Part shown: positions 23,890 to 36,552 of the stretch, piece after piece
How positions within the stretch are numbered: position 1 is the stretch's first letter
Layout of the letters: every line of letters begins with the position of its first letter
Source: Vicugna vicugna
Taxonomy: Eukaryota
Length of the DNA stretch: 64,000 nt
Direction of reading: 5' to 3'
Assembly (NCBI GenBank): GCA_013265495.1
Contig: MU058103.1
Coordinates: 814,870-878,869 of the forward strand
Program-made: the position numbers and the translations under genes
The notes under the pieces: generated by a model
Told to the model about the DNA's origin: nothing
The model's input: the letters and a program-made list of their open reading frames with translations, nothing else
Database searches by the model: none

Positions 23890-25400
23890 AAAAAAGTTTG
23901 AACGCCTCCTAACTGCTCAAAAGACTGAGCCAAAATAGAGCCTGTGCCAGCTTTTCAAAGTCTAGATGTGTAAGTAGCCATCAATCAATTAACCACACAA
24001 AACAGATATACGGTTTAAACTGTGGCAAATGCCGCGTAGAAAAGGTGTGCTGTAGTATTGTGTTAGAGAGGCTCCTAGTACTCTAGGAGTGAGGGAAGGT
24101 TAGTCTGCACAAATCATATTTAAATGTAGATACAACAGGATTGTAGAAATTAGCTAGGTGTAGAGGACTGGGAAGAAAACTTCTAGAAGGGAAAGGATGT
24201 CTTACAGCAGAGGGTAACAGGAGGACACAGCCTAAAGACTAAAAGAAGACTGGTGTGGCCAGAACTCAGAGGGCAAGTGAGATCATTCATAATGTTGAAC
24301 GAGACTAACAGAGTAATTAGGGACAAACTATGGAGACACTTGTAAATAATACTGAGGATTTTGGTTTACATCCAAAGAAAAGTGGAAAGTCTTGTGTTTA
24401 AATGATGGAATGATATGTCTTGAAAAGATCTCTGGATAAAATGTGGAGAACAAACTGGAATTAGGAACCTAGTACAGCAGTCCAGATGAGAAATGATAAC
24501 AGCTTAAACAAGAAAAAAAAGATGAAAAGATACAGAGGAAAATGAAAATGATAGATATGAGAGGTATTAAGAAGTAAAACTGAGAAATAGTCATGATGGA
24601 TGGAATTTGAAAGAATAAGAGAAAAGAAGGTGCCAGAAAATGGCCTTAAGTACCTGGTTGGCTGATCCCAAAGGATGGTTGTGCCAAGTGGGACTCACTA
24701 AAACAAGCCCAGGTTTAGAGGAGATCAGGTGTTGAATTTTAGAGTTTTAGATATTGTTGAGTTTGAAGTGCTTTCGAGATATCCAAGTGAGATGACAAGA
24801 AGGTAGTTCTGGATTGAGGCCTGAAGCGCAGACGAGAGTTCTGGGTCGAATATAAAAACTCAGAATTCATGTATAAGTGGGAATTCATCAAATCCAATGC
24901 ATAGTTTAGATACTGTAGGGCAAAATTAGAGAGTGAGAAGATGACAAAACCCTGAGGAGCCCCAAAATAGAGTGGCTGAGTAAATGGATATGAGCGTGCA
25001 AATAAGACTAAAAAGGGGAATTCAGAGGTGTGGCAGACAAACCAGCAGTAGCATCATGGAGGCTAAGAAAAGAGAGTTGTCAGCAGTGATGAGTTTGCAA
25101 CAGAGCCAAGTCAAATGATAAATAAATAAATACATAAATTCTATTTACCTCATTAGGTATTTGATAATGGGACATAAACCAGGTTGAAATGAATGAAGGG
25201 TAGGAAAATGTAGATCATAGGTGTAAGGAATTTGTTCAGTGACTCTGGCTATTAAAGGAAAAGATAAGGGTTGGATGAAGAGTGTGATTGAGGGAGAACT
25301 ATTTTGCAAGAAGAAAAAAAATTAGCCTCTTTAAATGTGAATGAGAAGAATATAGAGAGAAAAGGGTTGAATAAACAAAAAAAATGGTGACATAAATTCA
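23890..25400 (-). mobile_element. Long L2 LINE remnant
   Basis: Purine-rich tract with L2 hallmarks gaggattttggtttacatccaaagaaaagtggaaag, tgttgagtttgaagtgctttcgagatatccaagtgagatgacaagaagg and catcatggaggctaagaaaagagag. Confidence 0.8.
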
Positions 25401-25479
25401 TAGAAGGCAAATGTGACAAGAACCAACGTGTAAGTGGAAGGAATAGCTATATTCAGTAACATCAGATATATAATGAAAT

Positions 25480-26000
25480 CAACTCTGTACCAGGAGAATT
25501 GTTAGACATAAAAAATAGGTAGTGATGGAATATAAACAAATGGAGATCTTGGAAATGGAAACTATTGCAGCTAAAAAATAATAGATGTCTGAAAAGTAGA
25601 CTTGATTCAGCTAAGTAGTGAATTTATGGTCTGAATGTTGAGTTAAGGATTCTCCCAGAAAGCAGTACAAAGGAACAAAATGAAAAGTGTGGAACAAAAG
25701 TCAAGAGCTATGGAGACAGATCCAGAGTTTCTTCGTCCATCTATTAGAAGTTCCAAAAAGAGAGGATAGAAAAAATGGAGGAGAATCAATATTTGAAGAA
25801 ATAAAGGCTAAAAATTTTCAAGAACTTGTGAAAGACATGAATCTACAGATTGAAAGATGGCAGTGTTTCAAGTAGTTCTAAACAAGCACATGCACACTTC
25901 ACAGTGAGATTTTGAAATATTAAGACATTTAGAAAATTCTAAAAATGTACCTGAAGAAAAAGAGACACTTTTCAACAAAAAAATACAATTTGCTATCTAT
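25480..26000 (+). mobile_element. Ancient L1 (L1M/HAL1-like) ORF1 remnant
   Basis: ORF 25687-25875 contains LLEVPKREDRKNGGESIFEEIKAKNFQELVKDMNLQIE, matching the L1 ORF1p RRM-region motif (IGVPE.EERE.G.E.IFEEI.AENFP.L.KD...QI). Confidence 0.8.
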
Positions 26001-28349
26001 CGCTGAGGTGGATTCTGAGAAAAAGAAGGAAGTAAGTGAAGCTCCTATCCTCTTAGCCATTACCAGATATAGAAGATACTGACAAATTCATAAAAAAGAA
26101 CAATACATTAATCTGTGATATATGATGGTGAAAAGATGCAAGCCAAGGATACGAAAGTATAATTTATCCAGTGCTTGAAATTTTAGAAAGTTGATTTTTT
26201 TTTTACACATTCACAGTAGTTAATTGAGGACTTATCATGCTCAACATACTAAATGTGACCCTACAGGGTAATTGACAAAGATGAAGAACAATGTTTTTGG
26301 CCTTCAAGGAACTACAATCTTGCATGTTTTCATTGTACAATGCCTGACCAGCTATAGGGTGTCTGTAAAAACATATCAGTGACTTTTCTATGTAGAGAAT
26401 TAAGGCACATTTCAAGATTTATAAACTGGGTAGAGGAGAAACCGGGAAAATGTTTCAGTTTGGATCACTGCCATCTTTAAACACTTACACATGGAAGTTG
26501 GTCGACCATGCAGCCCAAGGCTTTCTAAACACCCGTGATTCACTTTCCTGCTAACTCATGTGAAAGGCACCCTCCCAGATGTGATGTGGCCAGATCAATG
26601 GTTGTGCCAGTATTGTGCAGTATTTACATGAGCCTCCCACAGGATAGTACCCCCAAATTATTTAGTAAATATTTTCAACTCTAATTACATGACCGAAAAA
26701 CACAGATGCATTGAATAGTTCATTTATGTTGTTTCTTTCAAAGAACTTTGACATTACAGAATTTAACCTTGTAGACAACAAAAAGTGTATATCTCTTTAT
26801 ATTTGTATCAACCATTGATAAACATGACAAATACTATTTTTGAGCATCCATTGCATACGAATAACACTACCTGTACATCGTATGTATGGAGTCATACGCA
26901 TCGTGTGTGTCACACTGTGCATTAGATACATTAGTATGTGATCTAATCATCGCTCATTTTTTGGCAGAACTAGAATCCAGTCCAACTGGGTCATCAAGAC
27001 TCCTGCTTTTGTATGTATTGTACTATGTTCCCAACTTTGCACTTTGAGATACTTTTATATTCAATGGCTTATAATCTGCATGAAAATGTTATCAATTTTA
27101 TTTTACCAAGAACCAAAGTGGTAATATATTTGAAAAATAGCACTTAACACCAATTGTTTACTATTTTGATTTTCTGCTTTGTTTTTGTAATTTGATATTT
27201 TCAAGACCATTTACTTACTTTAGTTTTCTTTTTAACTCTACTTTCTTAGGTATTATGGACATATGAACTGGATAATGTTTCAATTAATAATTATTTAAAT
27301 ATTATATTAAAGATGCAAATTATAAATAAATAAATATACCTATTTATCTGAGGAAAGGTGGAAACATTTACCCATCCATTCAGATCTATTTATTTTACAG
27401 CTGCTGTATAGTGTCTCTGGGGTCACCCAAAAATATAAATTCTTTGAGAAAAATAATGAATTTGCAAGACAACTCTTTTTGCTATAGCTAGCAAGGATGT
27501 GAGAAGTTACAGAAAAATTTAGAACGCTGGGCTCAGAGAGTGTTTAAATATGACTCAAAACTGCTAATTTTATTCCAGGTTTCTTCAACAAGGCAACAGC
27601 ATCGTTGTGTTTCACACAATGACATTTTGGTCCTTTCTCTATCCTAATGCCTGGAAAGTAGCAATGCGGAACAGGGTGCGTAGCCTTCCGTTCACTGCCC
27701 ACCACGGACAGGGGTTGTAGTTTTCCTCTTCTCTCTAGAAGGGCTTCCTCCTGCTCTATCCTCTGACAGTGATTGACAGCTACAACAAGTTGTTGTGTCA
27801 AAGCTCTCGCAAGTCAATTATGAAAATGATGTGCACTTCTTTAAAGATGATTGTAAATTGCTTCTGGCTGATCAGAATAATGAGTTGTGGTGATGCTAAT
27901 CAACATTGGGCATATATAGTACCTTGCTCCCGCCGTCATGTTTGCAGCTGCAACTAGTTCACCCAAATGGGAGTGTCTTCCTAGTTCTCATGTGTTGAGG
28001 CAGGATGCTCACAATGGAGACATTAGCGAAGGGAGAAAGTGTTGGCCTCAAGGAGAGAGGGTGAAACAAAGCAACACTCATTTTGCATCGGTTATATAAG
28101 TCATGTTTACCGGTCCCTTATGACTTTGGTTTAGGAATGCAGGGAAGAAGCCAACATTAGCTACAGCTGGATTCCTTTCCTATGTGTAAAGCATTTTATT
28201 ATTGCATCTTCATGAAAGTGCTGTGAAGGGGCTTTGTTGTTAGCCTCATATAATAGATGAACACACTGACACGAGGAAATTACCCAGCATTGCACAGTCA
28301 ATGGTAGGACTCTATTTTTGCTTAATTAATTTTGAAGCTCAGTCTGTAA

Positions 28350-28553
28350 CAATGGTGCCAAAATATTGTCTACAGACCTCCTGCTTTAGGCTTTCCCTTG
28401 TGTACATGCTTAAGGCTCAGCTCCCCAGGCCCCACCCCAGACATACTCAGTAAGAATCTCTGAGTTGAGGGTATGAGATAGGTCCCAGGGTTGTAAAATT
28501 TTAACAAGCAATTTCAGATAGTATTCATGCACACAGAAGCTTGATAGAAACTG
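28350..28553. mobile_element. MER5A/B-type hAT-Charlie element
   Basis: gctccccaggccccaccccagacatactcagtaagaatctctgag...ttttaacaagcaatttcagatagtattcatgcacacagaagcttgatagaaactg. Confidence 0.75.
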
Positions 28554-29190
28554 CACCTCATCTTAACTATTCTTTCTTTCTCTCAAAATTCCCTAAGCCG
28601 CAGCACAGGTGTTTAAATTGATCACAAAGACGTACTCATTTGGCTTTTATTCACTATATCCTCAAAGGTTCTGTCTTGCTTTTCCTTTAGCAGTGAGAGA
28701 AATACCATTTCAAGTTATTGATTCATAACTTAGAACTTCCCCACCCTAGCCTCTCTCCTGCAAACTGCTTTGTATATCAGGCTGATTCCTTTTATTCAAA
28801 TAGTTTAGATGGGGCTCAGGACAAGGAGAAGATGGCATGACATAAGCTACAGTGTCATATAGTGCAGTGAACCTTGTCCAGAAAGTAACAAAGGGAAGAA
28901 TTTAGGACTAGAGGTCAAAGAATGGATTCTAACACTGGACATTTTTTTTCTCACTGACTCATTCTATGACTTTATTGTCACTTGATCCCTCTAAGTCATT
29001 TTTTCCCCAATAATAATAGGAAATATAATTGAGATCACAAAATTAACTTCTTTGCCTACTTAAAATGAGGTATTGGCTTACAAAAGGCAATTCAAAAATA
29101 GTTTTGGTGATCCTTAAAACTTTTTGTTTTCCTTTTTCTCATTTATTTATGTATGAGTTTTGATATGTTTATCATTCAATTAGAAGTATT

Positions 29191-30263
29191 TCTTTTTTTT
29201 TATTGAAGTATGGTCAGTTACAATGTGTCAGTCTTTGGTGTAGAGCACAATGTCCCAGTCATGTATGTATGTACCTATATTCATTTTCATATTCTTTTTC
29301 ATTAAAGGCTATTACAAGATATTAGATATAGTTCCCTGTGCTATACAGAAGAAATTTGTTTTTTTAATCTATTTCATATATAGTGGCTAACATTTGCAAA
29401 TCTTAAACTCCCAAATTTATCCCTTCTCACCCCCTTTCCCCTGGTAACCATAAGATCATTTACTATGTTTACGAGTCTGTTCCTGTTTTTGTAGATGAGT
29501 TTATTAGTGTCCTCTTTTTTCTTTTTTTTTAGATTCCACACATGAGTGATATCATATGGTATTTTTCTCTTTCTTACTTTCCTTAGAATGATGATCTCTA
29601 GGTCCATCCATGTTGCTGCAAATGGCATTATTTTTATTTTTATGGCTGAGTAGTATTCCATTGTATAAATATATCACATCTTCTTTATCTATTCATCTGT
29701 CAATGGACACTTAAGATTGCTTCCATGTCTTGACTATTGTATATAGTGCAGCTATGAACATTAGGGTGCGAATATCTTTTCAAATTAGAGTTCCCTCTGG
29801 ATATATTCCCAGCAGTGGCATTGCTGGATCATATAGTAAGTCTATTTTTAGTTTTTTGAGGAATCTCCATACTGTTTTCCATAATGGCTGCACCAAACTA
29901 TGTTCCCATCAACAGTATAGGAGGGTTCCCTTTTCTTCACAGCCTCTCCAGCATTTATCGTTTGTGGACTTTTGAACGATGGTCATTCTGACTGGTGTTA
30001 GATGATACCTCATTGTAGTTTTGATTCGCATTTCTCTGATAATTAGCAACACTGAGAATTTTTTCATGTGCCTGTTGGCCACTCATATGTCTTCATTTGT
30101 ATATCTTCATCAGAGACTTGCTTGTTTAGATCTTCTGCCCATTTATGGATTGAGTTGTATTTTTTGTTATTGTTGTTATTAAGTTGTATGAGCTGTTGAC
30201 ATATTCTGGAAATTAAACCTTTGTCAGTCACATCATTTGCAGATAGTTTCTCCCATGCCGTAG
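29191..30263 (-). mobile_element. Relatively young lineage-specific L1, 5'-truncated (ORF2 C-terminus plus 3'UTR)
   Basis: Poly-T at the left end. Minus-strand peptide MEYYSAIKIKIMPFAATWMDLEIIIL is the L1 ORF2p C-terminus. 3'UTR actcccaaatttatcccttc...cccctggtaaccataag is of the cetartiodactyl type. Confidence 0.93.
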
Positions 30264-30265
30264 AA

Positions 30266-30830
30266 TGTTCAACATAGAGTTACGAGGCAATTAAACTCAG
30301 AGCTATATATCCAAGAGGAATAAAAACTTATGTCCACTCAAAAACGAGTACACATTATTCATTATGTGCAAAAAAAAGGAAGCTACCCTAAATGTTCATC
30401 AACTAATTAAGGGATAAATAAAATATGATATATCCATACAAGGGGTTATTATTTGGCAACAAAAAATAATGTGGTATGGATACATCATACAACATGGATG
30501 TACCTGGAAAATATTATGCTAAATGAAAGAAAGCCAATTACAAAAGACCACATGCTGTGTGATTCTATTTATATGAAAAGTCCAGGACAGGCAAATCCAT
30601 AGACAGAAAGTAGATTAGTCATAGCCTAGTGGGAAGTTGGAACACAGAGTAACTGCTAATGGGCATGGATTTTCTTCTTTTTGAGGGGAGGGGTGATGTA
30701 AATGTTCTAAACTTGATGATGGTGATGGTTGTGCAACTCTGTGAATACACTAATGCTATTTAATTACACCCTTTAAAGGAGGGAATTGTATGTATGTTAA
30801 CTGTACCTCAATGAAGCCACTAAAACAAAT
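30266..30830 (+). mobile_element. L1MB-type 3' end
   Basis: aacatagagttac...atatccaagaggaataaaaacttatgtccac...ggcaaatccatagacagaaagtagattagt...ggtgatggttgtgcaactctgtgaatacactaa. Confidence 0.88.
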
Positions 30831-31784
30831 GAGATAGTAGAAAATACTGAATTGTATAGGGATTGTACCTAAGTTGGATTTACTCAGAGTAGTTGTTCAC
30901 TGTACTAGTAAGCTCTTTTGTTCTTTTTAGAATAGAAACTTTTCAGTAGTGGAGCAGCTTTCAGTCCTTCTGACTGCCGAGGTAGCTGAGGAAGTTTGGG
31001 GATTAGGATGTCTGCTAATAAAATGGCTGGAGTCATCATGTGGGGTTTTGGAGTCTAGACTCGCCAGGACTGATCTGGTGTAAATCAGTTCTTGAATGCG
31101 ATAGTAAAGGAAAATGAAGAGGGGAAATCTGGCAAGATACGTGCTGGATGGATTGAAGAAGTGAGGGCTTAGCAGCAAGGAGAAAGCTTCCGCATCAGTT
31201 GCAGTAACCCAAAACTTCGTCATTGATGGAGTTTCTGTCCATGCCCTGAAATCGATTTTCTCCCAGAAGTCTATTTTGGGATTTGGAACAAGCCAGACAT
31301 CACAATAACCTCATCTTCAGTGCAAGTATAGAGTTTCAGTATAACGGGGAAGGGCTAAATACCATCTTTGATTTAATTCCAGGCTTTAGACGCTAATTCT
31401 GTGGCACTGATATCTCATGAATTCTCTGTTCCTCTGCCAAGCTCGACAGGGATAAGCAGACTTACTCTGGGAATATGAGTTTGATGGTTGGGTTGCACGA
31501 ACACAGGAAGCCTGGGATATTTTGTCTGTTTCTGTCTGCAAGCTCTTTAATGCCTTCTGACTCTGACCCTACTCAAATCCCCGTAGCAGAGCTAAAATCA
31601 TTTCTAGTAAATCTCATCAACTTCTGGGACCCGCCCCCACCTCCTCCACAAATTTCCTTAAGTTTGGTCTCTAGCATTAAACTTGATAAACATTTTCTTA
31701 TCCAGCCTCTACTCTTGTTAAAAAATGATGCAATTGTAAGAAACGATGGAGCTCAACATTCGGATAATACACGTCTTTGTGCTT

Positions 31785-31970
31785 TCATTTAATGCCTGAC
31801 AGTAAACTTACCTGGTATGTTTTATACCAACCACTTTAGAGATGAAGAAACTAAACTTATGAGAGGTTACAGAGCTTGCTTATAGTCACACAGTTAAGAA
31901 ATGGAAAGGGGGCAGAGTTCAGGTCTAGATTTGTCTGATTGGAAATCCTATGTTTTTTCCTACGGTTTCA
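31785..31970 (-). mobile_element. MIR SINE
   Basis: ccactttagagatgaagaaactaaacttatgagaggttacagagcttgcttatagtcacacagttaagaaatgg. Confidence 0.75.
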
Positions 31971-32998
31971 CATTATTTGGCTTTACTAGCAAGCCTTGTA
32001 GACAAGCTGATAACACCTTTAAATTTCTGTAGGAGACCTTAGCAAATTGTGGTTCAGACAGTAGAAGAAGTAGGAATGAAAGTTTCAGCGCTGAAAGGCA
32101 AATTAGTATTGATTAAGCACTTATTAGGTGCCACATGATTTCACACACATGACAACAGGTGTGGACATCATTCCTTTGTTTAGGTTACAGATGGGGAAAA
32201 TAAGGCACAAGACAGCAGACTAAACTGGTCATATATACTTTGCTGCCAAATGGTAATTTGTCCCTAGAATCCACTCCCTTTCCAGTATTCCTGTGGCATA
32301 TATTTAGAAAAAGGATGAAAGAAAGAAACTTGAGCTGGAAAAGAAGGAATGAACGGGTCTAAGTGAGGCCCCAATAATAGACTCCATATTTCTAAGGATC
32401 TTAAAGGCTCATTTTAAGAACTTGAATATAAAGTTGCAAATATCCTTTTCAAGAAATACTGAGTTTTTGTCTACCAGAGTAGTGAATTTGTTTATGAGTG
32501 TAGAACTAGTGTCGAACTCACTGCACCCTGAGATTTGTGATGCCATGTTCCTTGTATCTTGCAAAATTTTCTTTTCAGCAGATACTGGAGTACTTGAGAG
32601 CTAGATGTCACATTCAGAACTAGATACCATAGTACTATAGAGATAATAGATGGAAGTCTCACCCAGTCTGAAGGAATAGTGTGTTTCTAGAAAGCTTTTT
32701 GGTTCAGACCATGCCTTGGCTCTATCCTCCAGCTTCAGGATGAGATGCGCTTAGAGTTGCTTTCATACCAGAGGTGCTGAGTTGGTACATCAGTGTCCCT
32801 GTTACTGCAGAACTCAGTGTAGTTAGTGAAAAGATACTCAAATAATTTAAATGTGTTTTAATCAAGGTCAGAGTGAATGCCAGATTCCATAACTTTAAGA
32901 TGTGATTTCCAAAGTTTGAGCAGTATCAGCTCACCGAAAGGGGACAGGAATTTCTGATCTATTCCTCATCAATACTCTCTTTCTTCTAATCCAGCCAC

Positions 32999-33046
32999 TT
33001 TTGTTTTTGTTTGTTTGTTTGTTTTGTTTTGGCTTTGTTTTTTATT
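32999..33046. repeat. (TTTG)n-like simple repeat
   Basis: ttttgtttttgtttgtttgtttgttttgttttggctttgtttttta. Confidence 0.85.
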
Positions 33047-34574
33047 TAGATTGTGTGACTTTAAAGATAGGACTTTATGCCGGAGGATGACTTTTGAATG
33101 TTATTAATTGTTTATGCTTTATGTTTTAAAACAGGAGAAGGGGCTTTGATACAGCAAATAGAAATAATGATGGTGATATCTAGATAAACACGTTTCTAGG
33201 GATTCTAAATTCATTGCTTTTACAGTATTACACATTAAAATCACTATTTTATCTTTCTTATATGTTGGACACTAGAAAATAAAGGTCCTCTAGTCTGCAC
33301 AATATCTGATCACGGAAAACTATTGTCTCTTTAAAATTACTTGTTGGTTCTCTCGTTTCTTGTCTGCTTTGTTCTTTGATTATTTTGTTTGTTTCTTCTT
33401 TTGCTCACCTTCATAGTTTCAACTGAAACTCACAGCACTTAATGTATAATCTTCAAGGACATACTAAGTACATTTCCAATTCTGTTAGCACTCATGTGAT
33501 AATACTACAATGTGGACAAGAGCTCTTTCAAACCAGAGGACACACTTTCCTCTCTTGTTTCTTTTTTTGTGTGTTTGAATATGTCCTAGAAACTTCCACA
33601 AGAATGCTTCACCTATAGACCAACCATTATCAATAGGTGCTTCTTAGATGACTGCTTACACACTTTAATTTTTCTGTGCTGACTTACTATGGTTGCCTTT
33701 CTGATGAAGGTCACTTCACTTGGAAGGTTTCCTAAGACAGATACACTATGGGCTCAAATCCATTGGTTCTGTTTGTTAACTTGGAATGAGACCAAGTTCT
33801 TGGCCATTATTTGAGAACTGAAAGTGCATCATATTTGAGGGGATGGAAAAAAGTGGTAATTGCTGTGGCTTTATAAAATTGTGAGACTAGAAACCCAAAT
33901 TGTTTCATAGCTATTCTAGTATAATCAGAAACTAAAAATACCTCTTCCTTCCTTGCCCTAATTGTTCAGACAGGCAGTGACATTTTTACTAATGCATTTT
34001 TGTGTGATGGCTTTATATGTACTTGTGTCAATCCTGGAAACAAAAAAGGAGAATCAGCATATTTTTGTACTTTCTATAAGCCTGTCAAATTTTAGGCCAT
34101 GCCTTCTTTTATAGCCATACAGTTTAAGAATTTCAGAATTCATGTACTTCAGCCTCCTTATTTTCTCCACTTATCACCAAGACAAAATTTAAAACCTATA
34201 GTTTGGCATTCCAGCTTATCTGTAGCCCCTCTCCTGCTCTCAGTCTCTCCCTCTGTCCCATCCTAGAGACACGTGGAATTTTCCATATTACCAGCACACA
34301 CCCTTTGTGACAGTGTGCCTTGGCATCTCTGCTATTTTTGTCTAAAGTACATTCTATTTCCTTCTTCTGTTGGACCAAATCCTGTAAATTATCACAAGTG
34401 AGCTTTTGTTTTTCTGTTTTTAAGTCATATCCAAGTGAGCTCGATTGTTCCACGGTCTGTTCATTTTCATTTCATTTGCAATATATCTATTTGCAAATCT
34501 GACTTTCAATTAGAGAGTGTTTGATTTGAAAATTAAGATCATGTCTTGTTCATTTTTCATCATCAGTACTTAGT

Positions 34575-34780
34575 TCTAGAGTAGAAATCAAATAGTCCCA
34601 GATTTAAATCCCATTCTCACACTTACTCTGTGTGATTTTGAAAAAGCCTACAGAACCTGTCCCCTCACTAAACTGAGATAACATTCAACTTGCCCAGGTC
34701 TTGTTAGAATTAATCATAATATTTATAAAAGAACTTAGCATAATGTCGGAATTATAGTAAACATTCAATTAACTCTTGCT
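34575..34780 (+). mobile_element. MIR SINE
   Basis: cccagatttaaatcccattctcacacttactctgtgtgattttg...gaacttagcataatgtcggaattatagtaaacattcaat. Confidence 0.7.
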
Positions 34781-35529
34781 AAATAATTGTGGCAAAATGA
34801 ATTAGACATTCATTTTAACGCCCTGACAATGTTTTGTTGATGTGTTTACTGTTTTCCAAAAAGCAACTTCATTTCTATTGGAAGTCTACACTGAACACTT
34901 ACCTGTGTTTGGTTTGGTTTATTTCTGCATGAACTCCTTTTTAAGCCACATGAGATATGTCTATATATCTCAAATCTGCTTAAAGAGAAATTCTGGATGG
35001 ATTAAAAGAGTTACCAAAGTACCCTTTAGAAAAGCAGAATTTCTAGTTATTTCAGATTAGGGGAGTCACGGCCTTTGTAACAGCTGATGTGTAAACCTCA
35101 TCTTCCTAGTGCATTAGAAGACAGGCCTAACCAGAGTGACACCATGGTTTCCATCTTTAGGTGGTGATGTCCAGCATCTTTTATTCTATAATCTTCTCTT
35201 GTTTTATCATCCTCAGCTTTCCAAATGGTTCTCTCCTAGTTCAGATCCTTGTAGAATGAAGTAATGACTGTTTGCTGGCTCAATTGTTGAAAAAAAAAGA
35301 ACTAATCTTCAAAGGGATTGGATGGGAAAATTGGGCTGTTCAGTAGAGATTAAACTCTATCAGTAGCATAGCTACTGCTAGTAAAACAGTACCTAACATT
35401 CTTACACTAATTCACAGTTTACTGAGGGCCTCACTCTGTGTCATTATCTAGCTTGTTACTGACCATGATACACTAAGCTGCTTACAGCAGATGCCACTTA
35501 TTCAAATGACTGCTTTGCAGACAGTGCTG

Positions 35530-35755
35530 TATATCAGTCATGGATATTGAAATGAGGCCCAGGTTTGAATTCTTACTCTTTCATCTGGTAGCTTCATGAC
35601 TGTGGACAGGTCAACCTCCCAAACCTCAATTTTCTTGTTTGGAAAATGAAAATTATAACAGTTTTCATATCAAAGAGTATTGCAAGGATTATATAAGAAA
35701 ATGTAAGTATAGGATATTTAGACCAGTGTGAACACTCCCTTCACTCTTAGAGTTG
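35530..35755 (+). mobile_element. MIR SINE
   Basis: cccaggtttgaattcttactct...acctcaattttcttgtttggaaaatgaaaattataacag...tgcaaggatta. Confidence 0.7.
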
Positions 35756-36264
35756 ATTGAGTGATTAATGATATGGTTAAATCCACACTCATCAACTAGA
35801 GTTTCCTTTGCCCCAAACTGAAGATTGTCTTTTTGAAAACCTTCCCTTCTTTTTTCATTTGTTTTCCCTTTGTCTGTGAAGAGCATTATCAAGCTCTCTG
35901 TGACACAGGTGGGGAAAGCATAAATAAGATGATATTTAAACTCATCCCTTTCCAGACCATAGCACAATAGTTTCCAAGATCTACTTCGGGCAGCTCACCT
36001 CCAGCCAAGTGTGCTGTCCCCCATCAGGCCTGCCTTGTCACTCCTCAGTGGGATTATTCTCATATCACCAACCTGACATTCAAAGTCATAATCCCTCCCT
36101 TTCTGATCAGTTTACATCCTTCTGTCAGTTGCATTCTGGCCCACAAACATACTCCTCCCATGTTTTCTCAGCTCTGCGTTTACTCATCTTGTTCCTGGAG
36201 ACTTAAGTTCTGTCCTCTCATCCTAGATGCTGTCTACACAAAACACTAATTCTTTTGTTTTAAG

Positions 36265-36552
36265 TTTTGGTCTTTACTGAGCACCTGTATTATTGAGTGC
36301 ACACAGGAAGTGTGCTAGGTGCTTTGATATGTACTACCTAGAACACCTGCATCTCACAAAACAGATCCCTCCTACTGGGTGGAAGTGTTATTATCCCCTC
36401 CTGAAGATGAAGAAACCGAGGCTGCCAGTCGTCAGGCACTTTGCTGACTGTCATCTCATAACTTTGTGTTTGTTGGTAGAACTAAGATTTGAATCCAGGA
36501 CTCTTGTAATTCAAGAGCTCTGTCTCTTAAACTCCAGGATAAACTACTGTTT
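36265..36552 (-). mobile_element. MIR SINE (within decayed L2 sequence)
   Basis: tttactgagcacctg...tgttattatcccctcctgaagatgaagaaaccgaggct...gtagaactaagatttgaatccagg. Confidence 0.8.

Noticed and set aside
25687..25875. ORF with L1 ORF1p similarity as a domesticated L1TD1-like gene
   Set aside because: Only 62 aa, with stops and frameshifts in the surrounding homologous sequence.
29374..29975. ORFs of 95 aa (-) and 81 aa (+)
   Set aside because: L1 ORF2 C-terminal remnant and its antisense frame in a 5'-truncated copy; not host genes.
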